Positions 1 to 9,145 of a stretch of 64,000 bases of DNA are shown here, piece after piece. Under the pieces are notes generated by a model, which worked only from the letters and a program-made list of their open reading frames with translations, was not told where the DNA came from and made no database searches. How positions within the stretch are numbered: the stretch's first letter is position 1; the number at the start of each line of letters is the position of its first letter. The position numbers and the translations under genes are program-made. The stretch spans positions 29,784-93,783 of the forward strand of contig JAFXYP010000086.1 in NCBI GenBank assembly GCA_017541665.1, given 5' to 3'. The DNA is from Lentisphaeria bacterium. GTDB lineage: Bacteria; Verrucomicrobiota; Lentisphaeria; Victivallales; UBA1829.

Positions 1-1
1 A

Positions 2-661
2 ATGATGAAGGGCAACGACAGCGTCTCCTCGCAGATGACCAAACAGAACGATTTGGATTTTTATTCCCTGGCCTTGGGGGGCTTGGAAGGCATCTCCGGA
101 GTCGACTGCATGTTTGTCCCGGTCAAGCCCGATCAGGTCCAGTTCCGCATCAACATCAACTCCCCGGATGCCGTGCAGAAGCAGGTGCTGAGCAGATCTT
201 CGGAACCGTCCCCCGCCATCAAGAAGCTGAGTGGCCGGGATCTCTCTTTTGCCTGCATCATTGACCCGGAAAAGATAGCCGGATTCAGCTTCCCGGAGCG
301 TGCAGGCAGGTTCGCCGAGTTCCTGAAACAGACGGATGAGATCGCCCTTTCCGTTTATGTGGCAGGAACGGAAATGATCCTTTCCGGCGCATTTTCCTTC
401 AAGACGGAATCTTCCGCCGCGGATTTCCAGACGGTGATAAAGCCTTTTTTGTCGGAGGCGAAGGAGATATCCGGAGCCGAAACGCCTCCCGGTGTTGCCG
501 CGACCGGAAAAGACGTTGAAGTCAAGATCCCGATCAGCATTTCCGATGCCTGGGATCTGATCTCACACATCACAGAGACGGCTGAGAATGTCGAATTTGA
601 CGAAACCGTCAACGAAGACGGAACGCCATCCGCTTCGCCGGAAACGGGATCGGACCAATAA
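2..661 (+). CDS. hypothetical protein with acidic C-terminus, possibly 5'-truncated by the window edge
   Basis: ORF in frame from base 2, co-oriented with and 50 bp upstream of the CpaF-type ATPase. I recognise no motif. Confidence 0.4.
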   Translation: MMKGNDSVSSQMTKQNDLDFYSLALGGLEGISGVDCMFVPVKPDQVQFRININSPDAVQKQVLSRSSEPSPAIKKLSGRDLSFACIIDPEKIAGFSFPERAGRFAEFLKQTDEIALSVYVAGTEMILSGAFSFKTESSAADFQTVIKPFLSEAKEISGAETPPGVAATGKDVEVKIPISISDAWDLISHITETAENVEFDETVNEDGTPSASPETGSDQ

Positions 662-711
662 CGAATCTTTTCTCTTCCGGGACACGAATCAAAAAACAGA
701 TGAGGTAAAAC

Positions 712-1785
712 GTGGAAAACGAAAATTCATTTCTCGTTCTTTTTCTTACTCCCGTCAAAGAATACCTGGAGGACGACGAGGTTTCCGAAATCCTGATCAA
801 CGGGCCTGAAAGCATCTACATCGAAAAACACGGCAAGCTCCAGAAAACGCCCGCGCGCTTCCTCAGCGAGCCCGCGCTGAAGGCCGCCGCCACAAACATC
901 GCGAAGTCGGTCGGCCGTCTCCTGAACGACGACAACCCCAGGCTCGACGCCCGCCTGCCCGACGGCAGCCGTGTCCACGCAGTGATCCCGCCCCTCACGA
1001 ACTGCGGAACGGTGATCGCGATCCGCAAGTTCAAACGGGATACGCTTTCCATCGACAAGATGCTGTCGTTCGGAAGCATCTCCGACGATGCGGTCCTGCT
1101 GATCAAGGCCCTCGTGGCGCTCCATAAGAACGTGATCGTCTCCGGGGCGACGTCCTCCGGCAAAACGTCCGTCCTCAACGCGCTGAGCAGCTTCATCAAC
1201 AACGACGAACGCGTTCTGGTCATCGAGGACGCCCGCGAACTCCAGCTTCAGCAGGAGCATGTCGTGAGCTTCGAGACACGCAAACCCGACAAAAACGGAA
1301 ATGGCGAAGTCACGATCCGGGACCTGATCATCTCCTCCCTGCGTCTGCGCCCCGACCGCCTGGTGATCGGCGAAATCCGTGGCGGCGAGGCCCTGGACCT
1401 GCTTCAGGCCCTCAACACCGGCCATGCCGGTTCCATGTCCACGATCCACGCAAACACCCCCCTCGACTGCCTGTTCCGCCTGGAAACATGCGCGCTCCTG
1501 AGCGGCATCGAGATACCCCTGATGGCTTTGCGCGCGCAGGTCGCATCCGCGATCGACGCGGTCGTCCATACGGCGCGCCTCTCCGACGGCTCGAGAAAAG
1601 TCATTGCGATCTCCGAAGTCCTCCCCCTGAAAGACGGGGAGTACCAGACCCGCGATCTGCTGGTCTGGCAGACGGACCGCATCGGCCCGGACGGAAAGGT
1701 CGAAGGACGTTTCGTCCTGAAGAACAAACCGTCATTTTTTGAACAGGCGGCGATCTCGAATCTGCCGCTGCCCAAATACGAATAG
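712..1785 (+). CDS. cpaF: CpaF/TadA-family type II/IV secretion (Tad-pilus type) ATPase
   Basis: GTG start 8 nt after GAGG. Walker A GATSSGKTS, Asp box VLVIEDARE, IGEIRG and His box GHAGSMSTIHAN. Confidence 0.85.
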   Translation: MENENSFLVLFLTPVKEYLEDDEVSEILINGPESIYIEKHGKLQKTPARFLSEPALKAAATNIAKSVGRLLNDDNPRLDARLPDGSRVHAVIPPLTNCGTVIAIRKFKRDTLSIDKMLSFGSISDDAVLLIKALVALHKNVIVSGATSSGKTSVLNALSSFINNDERVLVIEDARELQLQQEHVVSFETRKPDKNGNGEVTIRDLIISSLRLRPDRLVIGEIRGGEALDLLQALNTGHAGSMSTIHANTPLDCLFRLETCALLSGIEIPLMALRAQVASAIDAVVHTARLSDGSRKVIAISEVLPLKDGEYQTRDLLVWQTDRIGPDGKVEGRFVLKNKPSFFEQAAISNLPLPKYE

Positions 1786-1796
1786 GAGTCTTTTCC

Positions 1797-2564
1797 ATGA
1801 AAACACAAATCAAAATCCTCGCCGCAGTCCTGACTGCATCCGTCCTGTCCGCGTGTTCTGACCTCGCCACGTTCGATTACGACACGGCAGTCAGCCCCAT
1901 GGCGGAATTCCATGAGGTCGCTCCGAAGAAGACGGTCGCTGTCGTGCCGTTCCTGGATTACCGCGGAACGAAATACTATGACGCGACGCAGACGAAACAG
2001 GCCGAAGCGCATCCGGCAGGAGACCATGGATCCCTTCTCCTCGGATTCATCCCGCTCATGCCCGCCGGTTTTGTCGAAAAGGAACAGCCGGAAAACAGCA
2101 CCGGATTCGTAACCCTCGAAAAGTTCGAATTCGATCTCCAGAACGATCTCACGGACGCGGCGTATCAGAGCCTGAAGCAGTCCGGCCTCTTCACGAGCGT
2201 CGTCAAGGCCGATGCCGCGGAACAGGCCGACACGGATTACATCTGGCGCGGGAAAGTCACCAACACGTACTACGGCGGCAACATGTATTCCTACTTCGTG
2301 ACCTACCTCGTTTCCCCGGTCTTCTGGGTGCTGGGAGCGCCTTACGGAACGTCGCAGAACCAGCTTTGGATCAAATACGAGCTGATCGACCGCAAGACGG
2401 GAGACGTCCTCTGGACCTACGATTACCGCGGACACGATTACATCACCCACTGGATCTATGCCAGAATCGGAAAGGATGTCAGCATGTATCCGGAACTGAT
2501 GCGGCAGGGCATGAACTGCGCGCTCTGGGAACTCTCGCAGAAACTCCCGGTCCTGGACAAATAA
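1797..2564 (+). CDS. lipoprotein of unknown function
   Basis: N-terminal signal peptide ending in lipobox LSAC (Cys20). No other recognisable motif. Confidence 0.6.
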   Translation: MKTQIKILAAVLTASVLSACSDLATFDYDTAVSPMAEFHEVAPKKTVAVVPFLDYRGTKYYDATQTKQAEAHPAGDHGSLLLGFIPLMPAGFVEKEQPENSTGFVTLEKFEFDLQNDLTDAAYQSLKQSGLFTSVVKADAAEQADTDYIWRGKVTNTYYGGNMYSYFVTYLVSPVFWVLGAPYGTSQNQLWIKYELIDRKTGDVLWTYDYRGHDYITHWIYARIGKDVSMYPELMRQGMNCALWELSQKLPVLDK

Positions 2565-2695
2565 GCAATCAAGCCTGACATATCAGAAAAAGGGGGGACG
2601 CATCGGCTTTTCCCTGCAAGGCGGACCGAAGATGAGCGGAACCGCGTCCATGCAGCAATAATGCCGTAGCGTTCCGGCGTGATCGAAACACAAAA

Positions 2696-2728
2696 GGGCG
2701 GACCGTTCCGATATCCGGCGGTCCGCCC
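2696..2728. terminator. bidirectional hairpin terminator between convergent genes
   Basis: 10-bp GC stem GGGCGGACCG / CGGTCCGCCC with a 13-nt loop, followed by GTTCTTT. It lies between the lipoprotein (+) and GH43 (-) stops. Confidence 0.6.
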
Positions 2729-2750
2729 GTTCTTTAACAACCAGTCCGGA

Positions 2751-3722
2751 TCACTTGTAGGGGAAGATCGTCTGAATCTTTCCGTCGGCGTCATACTTGA
2801 GCTCGGTGAACTTCACGTTGCGTCTGTGGTTGATGCCGTTCGAGAGCTCGCAGTCGTGGTAGAAGAGATACCATTTGCCGTGATACTCCAGGATGGAGTG
2901 GTGCGTGGTCCAGCCGAGCACGGGCTCCAGGATGCGCCCCTGGTAGGTGTAGGGCCCGTAGGGGTTGTCCGCCACGGCATAGACGATGTAATGGGTCGTG
3001 CCCGTGGAATAGGTGAAATAGTATTTCCCGTTGTACTTGTACAGCCAGGGATCCTCGAAGTAGCGGCGGTCCTCGTCGCCGGCTTTGAGCGGCTCGCCGT
3101 TCTCGTCCAGGATGACGAGATCGCGGGGCGTCTCGGCGAACTCGAGCATATTGTCCTTCATGAGGGCGATCTTCGGGCAGACGGCGTTCTCGTCCTTCGC
3201 CGGCTCCGTGCCGTTCGGATCGAACTTGCCGGTCCGATATTTCTCGAGCTGGCCGCCCCAGAGGCCGCCGAAGCACATGTAGACCTTTCTGTCGTCGTCC
3301 GGGAAGGCGCACGGATCGATGCTGAAGCTGCCTTTGATGCACTCCGGTTCGGGCTTGAACGGCCCTTCCGGCTTATCGCAGGTCGCGATGCCGAGGCGGA
3401 AATTCCCGTCCTTGTCGCGGGCGGGGAAAACGAGGTAGTATTTGCCGTTTTTGAATGCGACGTCCGGCGCCCACATCTGGGTGCTGACCCACGGCACGTC
3501 GTACTGCGAGAGCGCGAGGCCGCAGTCGACCGGATCGCTGGTCTCGTCGTCCATGCGGAAGACGTGGTAGTCCTCCATCTGGTATTCGTCGCCGTTGTCG
3601 TTGTCCTCGCCGTCGTGCGGGATGTCGTGGGACGGATAGATGTAGAGTTTGTCGTTGAAGACATGTGCGGACGGATCAGCAGTGAACATGTGGGTGATGA
3701 GCGGTTTTCTCTGTTCGGCCAT
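2751..3722 (-). CDS. glycoside hydrolase family 43 (beta-xylosidase / alpha-L-arabinofuranosidase type)
   Basis: N-terminus MAEQRKPLITHMFTADPSAHVFNDKLYIYPSHD and WAPDV/GKYYL blade motifs typical of GH43. The ATG at 3722 is preceded by GGAG. The longer ORF extending to 3902 has no support. Confidence 0.8.
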   Translation of the reverse strand: MAEQRKPLITHMFTADPSAHVFNDKLYIYPSHDIPHDGEDNDNGDEYQMEDYHVFRMDDETSDPVDCGLALSQYDVPWVSTQMWAPDVAFKNGKYYLVFPARDKDGNFRLGIATCDKPEGPFKPEPECIKGSFSIDPCAFPDDDRKVYMCFGGLWGGQLEKYRTGKFDPNGTEPAKDENAVCPKIALMKDNMLEFAETPRDLVILDENGEPLKAGDEDRRYFEDPWLYKYNGKYYFTYSTGTTHYIVYAVADNPYGPYTYQGRILEPVLGWTTHHSILEYHGKWYLFYHDCELSNGINHRRNVKFTELKYDADGKIQTIFPYK

Positions 3723-3928
3723 GGTGGTCTCCTCGTCGAAGCCCCGCCCGTTTCGGGCGGTTGATTTGTTTGATTCCTGGGTTTTGGTTTCGTGTGATTC
3801 GCTGCAGGATACTATAGCAGATTTCGGACGAAAATCAAGCAGGAAACGCGTGATTTCCGCCGGACGGCCCGCATATAAAAACGCAGCGGACATTTCCGCC
3901 ACGGCTCCGTGAGATCGTCTGCCGGAGA

Positions 3929-6283
3929 CTATCGCCGCGAACCGTTTCGAGGCGGCGGATTCAGATAGGCGGCGGCCTCGTCGGCGTCGTCCTCGGGCTT
4001 GTCCTTTTTCGGGAAGAGGATATCCCGGACCTTTTCCAGGTTTTCCTTTCCGAATTCATCGTCCGGCATGACGATCAGCAGATGCTTGCACTGGCTCTCA
4101 GCCTGAAGGAATTTCCGTTCGGCGATGCTCGTTTCGATGACATGGCGCATGCAGTCGCACCACAGTTCAACGATGTCCTCGCGGTAGTCCACGGCGTGTC
4201 GCGGGAATCTGAGGACGTCCACAGCTTCCTCGTAACGCCCGGCCTCAGCCAGCCGCTCCGCATAGACGAATGCCGGAAGCATGGATTCCTTCTCCAAGGA
4301 AAACGCCGTCTTCGCCGCCTCCAGAGCCGCCTTTTCCTCTCCTTTCGCGCGGTGGACGATGGACAGGTTTGCGTAGACCAGGGACGGGGTGCGGTAAGTC
4401 TTCGAAATCGCCTCGTATTTCGCCTCCGCCTCGTCAAACCGGTCGTGCTCGCACAGGCGGTTCGCCGCGTAGAACGTGAAATCCGGGTCGACGTCCGGGG
4501 CCGACGCCAGCAGATCGAGCGCTTCCTTCACATTCACACCGTCTTCCGACAGGAGAAGCGCCGCCGCACGGAAGAATTTCGCGTACTGCTCCGTTTTTCC
4601 GCCCTTCTCGGCATCCAGTTTGCCGGCCATGGACGCCAGGTCCTCTTCCCGGCTGTTTCGGAGGCAGAACCGGAAATACCAGTTCAGCAGATCCGCTTCG
4701 AACCCGGACCGCTCCAGCAGGTCCCGGAAGACCGCCGCGGCTTCGTCCTGCCGTCCGGTCAGATCCAGCGCCATCAGGTGCAGCAGCCGGATCCCGCGGT
4801 CGGGCTGCCGTCCCGCCGCCTTTTCGTCCTCCAGAAGCCGAACGATGATCGGCAGGGCCTCTTCCGCTTTCCCGCTGAAAACCAGAAACTCCGCTGCGAC
4901 CCGCGTCAGCAGTTCGTCGTCCGGGAACTGTCCCAGCGCGGCCATCAGGTCCTCTTCCCTCGCCAAGCCTTTCTTGTACTGGTCCACGAGGATAATCTCC
5001 GTAAGCAGCCTGTTTCCATGCAAATACCAGGACAGGATCTTCGCCAGGTCGGCCGGCTGCGAGGGGTCCTTACGGTTTTCCGGCTTCTTCATTTCCTCCG
5101 CGATGTAGTTCAGACAGATGAACAGCGCACGGTTATGCAGGTCATGGAACGGCGGCTGAGAAAAAATCTCCTGCGCCACGGACCGTATCTCGTTGAACGA
5201 ACCGTTCGCCATCGCCACTCGCAGACGGATAAAACGGGAAAGCGGGGAATCGACGAGCTTGCCGGACTTGCGGACCGCGGTGGAGAGTTTCTTCTCATCG
5301 TTTTCCAGGTATGCGGCCAGGATCTCGCAGTAATCCGCCAGGAGCGGCATGGAACCCGGTTTGTTCCGCAGTTTCTTCTCCAGCTCCCTGAGCTTGTCCA
5401 GCCGGCACGTGAAGGCACAGCTCTCCGCATACAGCAGATACAGGTCGATATCGTCGATGGTCTTCAGGTACGGCTCCAGAATGGCGATCGCATCGTCAAA
5501 CCGGGACTTTGAAAAGAAATAATCCGCCAGAAGCGGCGTCCCCGCGAAATAATTGACCTCCATGGCCTGTTTCAGAAGCATCTCCATTTCCGCCCCGTTT
5601 TCCGCATCGCCGGCGTCACGCTGCGCCATACGGCGGATGGCGACATAGATCGCCTCGAACCGGATCACGGGATCCTCCGAGTGCATCGCCCGGTACAGGA
5701 AAGCATCCAGCTCGCCGTCGGACAGGGTCTCATAGGTGGCCATGAATTCCGCCATCCGTCCCAGCTCGCTTTTATGAAACGCCTCCGGGTCGGCGTCCAC
5801 ATATTTCCTGTAGGCATCGGCCCCGTCTTTCGGATAGCCCGAACGGTAGGAGGAGATCACAAAAAGATAGAGCTCCCGGTCCGTGAAAGGTTCATCCACG
5901 CGTGCCTTCCGTCCCAGGATGCCGTGCAGAATGGCGTAGCTTGCGGATTCGATCGCTCTGGCCAGCATCTTTTCGCGGTATTCCTCGTTCCGGGGATCCA
6001 GGGTGCCGACAGTCTGCCACATCTGCGCCTCCATCCCAGTATTGCCGAATTCATGGTAGATGTTCGCCAGCGCCACGAGCTCCGCTTCGGCCTCCGGGTC
6101 CTTCCGGACATACTGAAGCAGAAGACGCTCCGCCGACGCGTATTCCCTGTTTTCGTACGCGGCCATCGCCGTGCGGCGCATACGGATGCGCCGCATCACC
6201 TTCAGGCCGAAATGCCCGCACACCAGCAGAATCGCGAGGCAGGCGAGCCCCAGCAGGATGAGCATGATCTTTTTCCGGTTCAT
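3929..6283 (-). CDS. membrane-anchored TPR-repeat protein
   Basis: N-terminal TM helix (IMLILLGLACLAILLVCG) followed by many helical repeats with TPR-like A/Y/L spacing. Confidence 0.6.
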   Translation of the reverse strand: MNRKKIMLILLGLACLAILLVCGHFGLKVMRRIRMRRTAMAAYENREYASAERLLLQYVRKDPEAEAELVALANIYHEFGNTGMEAQMWQTVGTLDPRNEEYREKMLARAIESASYAILHGILGRKARVDEPFTDRELYLFVISSYRSGYPKDGADAYRKYVDADPEAFHKSELGRMAEFMATYETLSDGELDAFLYRAMHSEDPVIRFEAIYVAIRRMAQRDAGDAENGAEMEMLLKQAMEVNYFAGTPLLADYFFSKSRFDDAIAILEPYLKTIDDIDLYLLYAESCAFTCRLDKLRELEKKLRNKPGSMPLLADYCEILAAYLENDEKKLSTAVRKSGKLVDSPLSRFIRLRVAMANGSFNEIRSVAQEIFSQPPFHDLHNRALFICLNYIAEEMKKPENRKDPSQPADLAKILSWYLHGNRLLTEIILVDQYKKGLAREEDLMAALGQFPDDELLTRVAAEFLVFSGKAEEALPIIVRLLEDEKAAGRQPDRGIRLLHLMALDLTGRQDEAAAVFRDLLERSGFEADLLNWYFRFCLRNSREEDLASMAGKLDAEKGGKTEQYAKFFRAAALLLSEDGVNVKEALDLLASAPDVDPDFTFYAANRLCEHDRFDEAEAKYEAISKTYRTPSLVYANLSIVHRAKGEEKAALEAAKTAFSLEKESMLPAFVYAERLAEAGRYEEAVDVLRFPRHAVDYREDIVELWCDCMRHVIETSIAERKFLQAESQCKHLLIVMPDDEFGKENLEKVRDILFPKKDKPEDDADEAAAYLNPPPRNGSRR

Positions 6284-6308
6284 GTCCGATTCATCTTCCT
6301 TTGCCGGG

Positions 6309-7049
6309 TTATTGCTTGTTATGATCGGCCACGGTGTGTATCACGATGACGATGCCGCCTCCCAACGCGACGAGGAGCAGCGCGATCGGAGTCGACAATG
6401 AAAGGATCCCGTCCTCCTCCTCGGAATCCTCAAGGCGGGAACTGCTTACTATGAACTGGGACGAGATCTGGCCGTTCTTGCATGCGTTCTTTTCAAAGAA
6501 AAGGACCGCCGTCCCTTTGTCCAACAGACGCGAATCGTCGGACGCCCCGGTTTCGGCAACGGAGAAAACGTTTTTTTCCGCACCGTCTTCGCGCCCCGCA
6601 ATGCCGATTTCCTCCGTGACACTGTCCTCGAAGGAAATGGCGAAATCATAGGCCCGGCGCGCATCATCGCCATGATTGCGGAATGCGGCCGAACCGGCGG
6701 TCGCCGCCTTCCCGGATCCTGCTTCGGCAGCAGACGCCGCGTCGTCAGGGCCCGAAGCTTCCTGGGACACCGCATGCGCGCCGTCTCTTTCATAATCGAC
6801 CGAAAAGCCGCCGTTCTCCATCTCGGCGGCACCGCCGTACCGGAGCAATAACGCCGCACACAGGGGGTCGTTCTCCGCGGCATCAAGCAGAAAACGCGCA
6901 TAGGCATTATCGCCTTCCGGCACGGCGCCGCCGAAGGTAAAGATGGTCTCCCTGCGGGCATCTTCGTCCAACGGATCCTCCGCAACGGCGGAAGCGAGGC
7001 CGACGGAGAGGAAGAGCACGGCAGGAAGCAGAATGTTCCGGAGGTTCAT
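6309..7049 (-). CDS. secreted acidic protein with C-terminal hydrophobic anchor
   Basis: Signal peptide MNLRNILLPAVLFLSVGLASAVA and C-terminal helix IALLLVALGGGIVIVI. It sits 25 bp upstream of the TPR gene on the same strand. Confidence 0.5.
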   Translation of the reverse strand: MNLRNILLPAVLFLSVGLASAVAEDPLDEDARRETIFTFGGAVPEGDNAYARFLLDAAENDPLCAALLLRYGGAAEMENGGFSVDYERDGAHAVSQEASGPDDAASAAEAGSGKAATAGSAAFRNHGDDARRAYDFAISFEDSVTEEIGIAGREDGAEKNVFSVAETGASDDSRLLDKGTAVLFFEKNACKNGQISSQFIVSSSRLEDSEEEDGILSLSTPIALLLVALGGGIVIVIHTVADHNKQ

Positions 7050-7274
7050 ATTCGGATACCCTTCATGTTGTCACAGCTCCGGCATTTCAGGCCGGAGAAG
7101 CCGGATTATGCCATATTTCCCTTCGAACGGGTTCATCTTGTTCATCTGGCATAATATAGCATAAGATGCCTTTTTGTCAACGGATATTCCGCAAGTTTTT
7201 CGAGCCGTTCGGCAGCGGTCGGAAACCGGGAGAAACCATCCGGGGGACCGGAACGGTCCCGACCGGCAGCCGTC

Positions 7275-7637
7275 TCAGTCCAGATCGCGACGTTTCCTCT
7301 CCATGTACCGGATCTGGTCGGGACGGAGTTTGTCTTTCCAGATGATATACTCCGGGCAAATGAACGTAAACGGTATGCCGCCCGGATAATCCAAAGTCAT
7401 CCCGGAACAGCCGGTCCACACATAGTAGAACCCGTCTCCGAACGAGACGGAAAAGCCGATATAACGTCTCGCTTCGGCAGCCCTTCCCGGATCGCGGCTG
7501 TATTCCCGAACCAGCCTGCGGTCACATTCGATGAGCTCGTCGACCTGCCGCCGCACCGTCCAGAACGGGGTCAGTTTTGCAAGCGTCTCGCGAATGGTCA
7601 GGAAACCGGTAACAATCGGTGGAAATATGGTGCACAT
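7275..7637 (-). CDS. hypothetical protein (ORFan, 120 aa)
   Basis: ATG preceded by AAAGG at about 8 nt. I recognise no family. Confidence 0.5.
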   Translation of the reverse strand: MCTIFPPIVTGFLTIRETLAKLTPFWTVRRQVDELIECDRRLVREYSRDPGRAAEARRYIGFSVSFGDGFYYVWTGCSGMTLDYPGGIPFTFICPEYIIWKDKLRPDQIRYMERKRRDLD

Positions 7638-7746
7638 AGTTAAAGCCTTTCTTGTTTTGAGGTTAAATTGTCATTGCGAGGCACATCCTTGTGCCTGTTT
7701 TGATTCCGTTTTTGCGCGATCATGGCCGTTTCTTCGTCGGTCCCGG

Positions 7747-8283
7747 TCAAGTGTCGGCGGGCGGTTCGGGGCGAATCCGGCAGGCGCTCCGTATCGTCCG
7801 GATCAAATTTTCCATTCTTTTTCGATATTCCTTTCGTGAATCGTTTTCCCCGATGTACGGGAGACAGAACCGGTACAGGCTTCCCAGCGGCTCTCCGCGC
7901 TCATACCTGTTCAGGCCGGACTTCACATAATCGAGCTGGTCCGGCATCAGTTTCGCGAATCCGGGCAGAAGCATATTCATCCGGATTTCCTGCTTAAGCT
8001 CCAGGTTGAGCGTCCAATGCCGGCTGCGGTTTTCGGGGGCGGGGATCAGGAGATCGGCAGGGCCTCCCCGGAACGGGTCCATGCTGCCCGGGATGACCTG
8101 GCAGAGATCGCCATTCGTTTCGAGGACCAGGAGAAACACCTCCCACATATCGGTCTCGACGGCCGGGGGATGGAACTGGCCCGGAGCCGGACGCAGAAGC
8201 GGGTCGAATTCCCGTCTGTCGGATCCGGCGGATACCGCCAGCGCGGCGATCAAGTCAAGTAAATCATGTTTATAGAAGTTCAT
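7747..8283 (-). CDS. hypothetical protein (ORFan, 178 aa)
   Basis: ATG preceded by ACAGGA. I recognise no family. It is the first long ORF downstream of the micro-ORF array. Confidence 0.5.
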   Translation of the reverse strand: MNFYKHDLLDLIAALAVSAGSDRREFDPLLRPAPGQFHPPAVETDMWEVFLLVLETNGDLCQVIPGSMDPFRGGPADLLIPAPENRSRHWTLNLELKQEIRMNMLLPGFAKLMPDQLDYVKSGLNRYERGEPLGSLYRFCLPYIGENDSRKEYRKRMENLIRTIRSACRIRPEPPADT

Positions 8284-8507
8284 TCCTGTACACCATCGCG
8301 TGTTCTTTTCCGAAAAAACATTATCCTTTCGAAACTGAAATCTGAAATGATTTGCCGATGGGGAGTCCCCCCCTCGGGAACGACCGCATAGGGGGGGCGA
8401 TTTCCGATCCGCCGATTCAAATCGGCGTCATGGCAACAATTCAGACGACAATATCAATGGAAGTCTTTCTTTTCTTTTGGGTTCAGATGAGGGGGAAAGC
8501 GGATGGA

Positions 8508-8585
8508 TCAGCGGTTGTTGACAACTTTTTTGACAACTGCGACACCCGCGGCGGCAACAATAAAAGCACTCCAGGGGATAAACAT
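8508..8585 (-). CDS. micro-ORF A1: 25-aa hydrophobic peptide MFIPWSAFIVAAAGVAVVKKVVNNR
   Basis: Hand-translated. RBS GAAAGGAA lies 8 nt upstream of the ATG. One predicted TM helix with a basic tail. Paralogue of A2. Confidence 0.45.
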   Translation of the reverse strand: MFIPWSAFIVAAAGVAVVKKVVNNR

Positions 8586-8721
8586 GTTACGGTTTCCTTT
8601 CTGTTTGTTTGACTGGTTGCTGAGTTGAGGGAAATGAAGGTTTCATGGGGGGCATGCCCGCTCTTCCTGCGGACATGCCCGTATCATTCTGCTTTCATCA
8701 TCCTGTTTTTTCCTATGATAC

Positions 8722-8787
8722 TCAGTCTTCGAGCAAATCGATGATCGCCCGCAGAATATCAGCGACTTCACTGGAGATCAGGTCCAT
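8722..8787 (-). CDS. micro-ORF B2: 21-aa acidic amphipathic peptide MDLISSEVADILRAIIDLLED
   Basis: Hand-translated. RBS GAAAGGAAA lies 6 nt upstream. It starts 23 nt after the A2 stop. Confidence 0.35.
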   Translation of the reverse strand: MDLISSEVADILRAIIDLLED

Positions 8788-8810
8788 GAACTTTTTCCTT
8801 TCTTTTCGGG

Positions 8811-8888
8811 TCAGTCGTCAAGTATCTTCCTGACGGCGATTGCGGTCGAAACGAGGGCGGTGATGCCCTCCCATGCAATGAAGATCAT
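8811..8888 (-). CDS. micro-ORF A2: 25-aa hydrophobic peptide MIFIAWEGITALVSTAIAVRKILDD
   Basis: Hand-translated. RBS AAAGGAA lies 7 nt upstream. It aligns with A1 with a one-residue shift (FI.W ... V[KR]K[VI][VL][ND][ND]). Confidence 0.45.
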   Translation of the reverse strand: MIFIAWEGITALVSTAIAVRKILDD

Positions 8889-8986
8889 AGTGTGGTTCCT
8901 TTATGCTTGCGGTTCATTTGTGGGGTTAAGGGGTTTGTTTCGAAATCTGTTTCGCTCGTTCGGGAGCTTCACAGCCGTCATGGCGA

Positions 8987-9028
8987 TCAGTCGATCGTGA
9001 TGCCGCCGCCGTCGATTCGGATATCCAT
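8987..9028 (-). CDS. micro-ORF B3: 13-aa peptide MDIRIDGGGITID
   Basis: Hand-translated. It has the strongest SD in the region (GAAAGGAGGAAGCC-ATG). Very short, so the coding status is uncertain. Confidence 0.3.
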   Translation of the reverse strand: MDIRIDGGGITID

Positions 9029-9145
9029 GGCTTCCTCCTTTCCGCAGAAGGTTGATCGTGAGTGTCGGGACATACGGATTGCCGCTGCAGCCGGATTCGT
9101 CCCTCATCTGGCATTTGCCGTTGCGTGTTTCGTTCCTGCGACAAA

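Noticed and set aside
3723-3902. N-terminal 60-codon extension of the GH43 ORF
   Set aside because: The extension has no signal-peptide character. The internal ATG at 3722 has a GGAG RBS and matches the usual GH43 N-terminus.
7679-7696. Hairpin AGGCACA-TCCT-TGTGCCT followed by a T-rich tract on the plus strand
   Set aside because: It looks like a plus-strand intrinsic terminator but lies between two minus-strand genes, and on the minus strand there is no U-run. I cannot assign a transcript. It might stop antisense transcription, so it is left uncalled.
8421-8438. tRNA T-arm-like sequence (CGCCGATTCAAATCGGCG) as a possible tRNA fragment or att site
   Set aside because: It folds as a simple 7-bp stem with a 4-nt loop, not a 5-bp stem with a 7-nt T-loop. 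It shows no similarity to the 3' end of the adjacent tRNA-Ser, and there is no surrounding cloverleaf.
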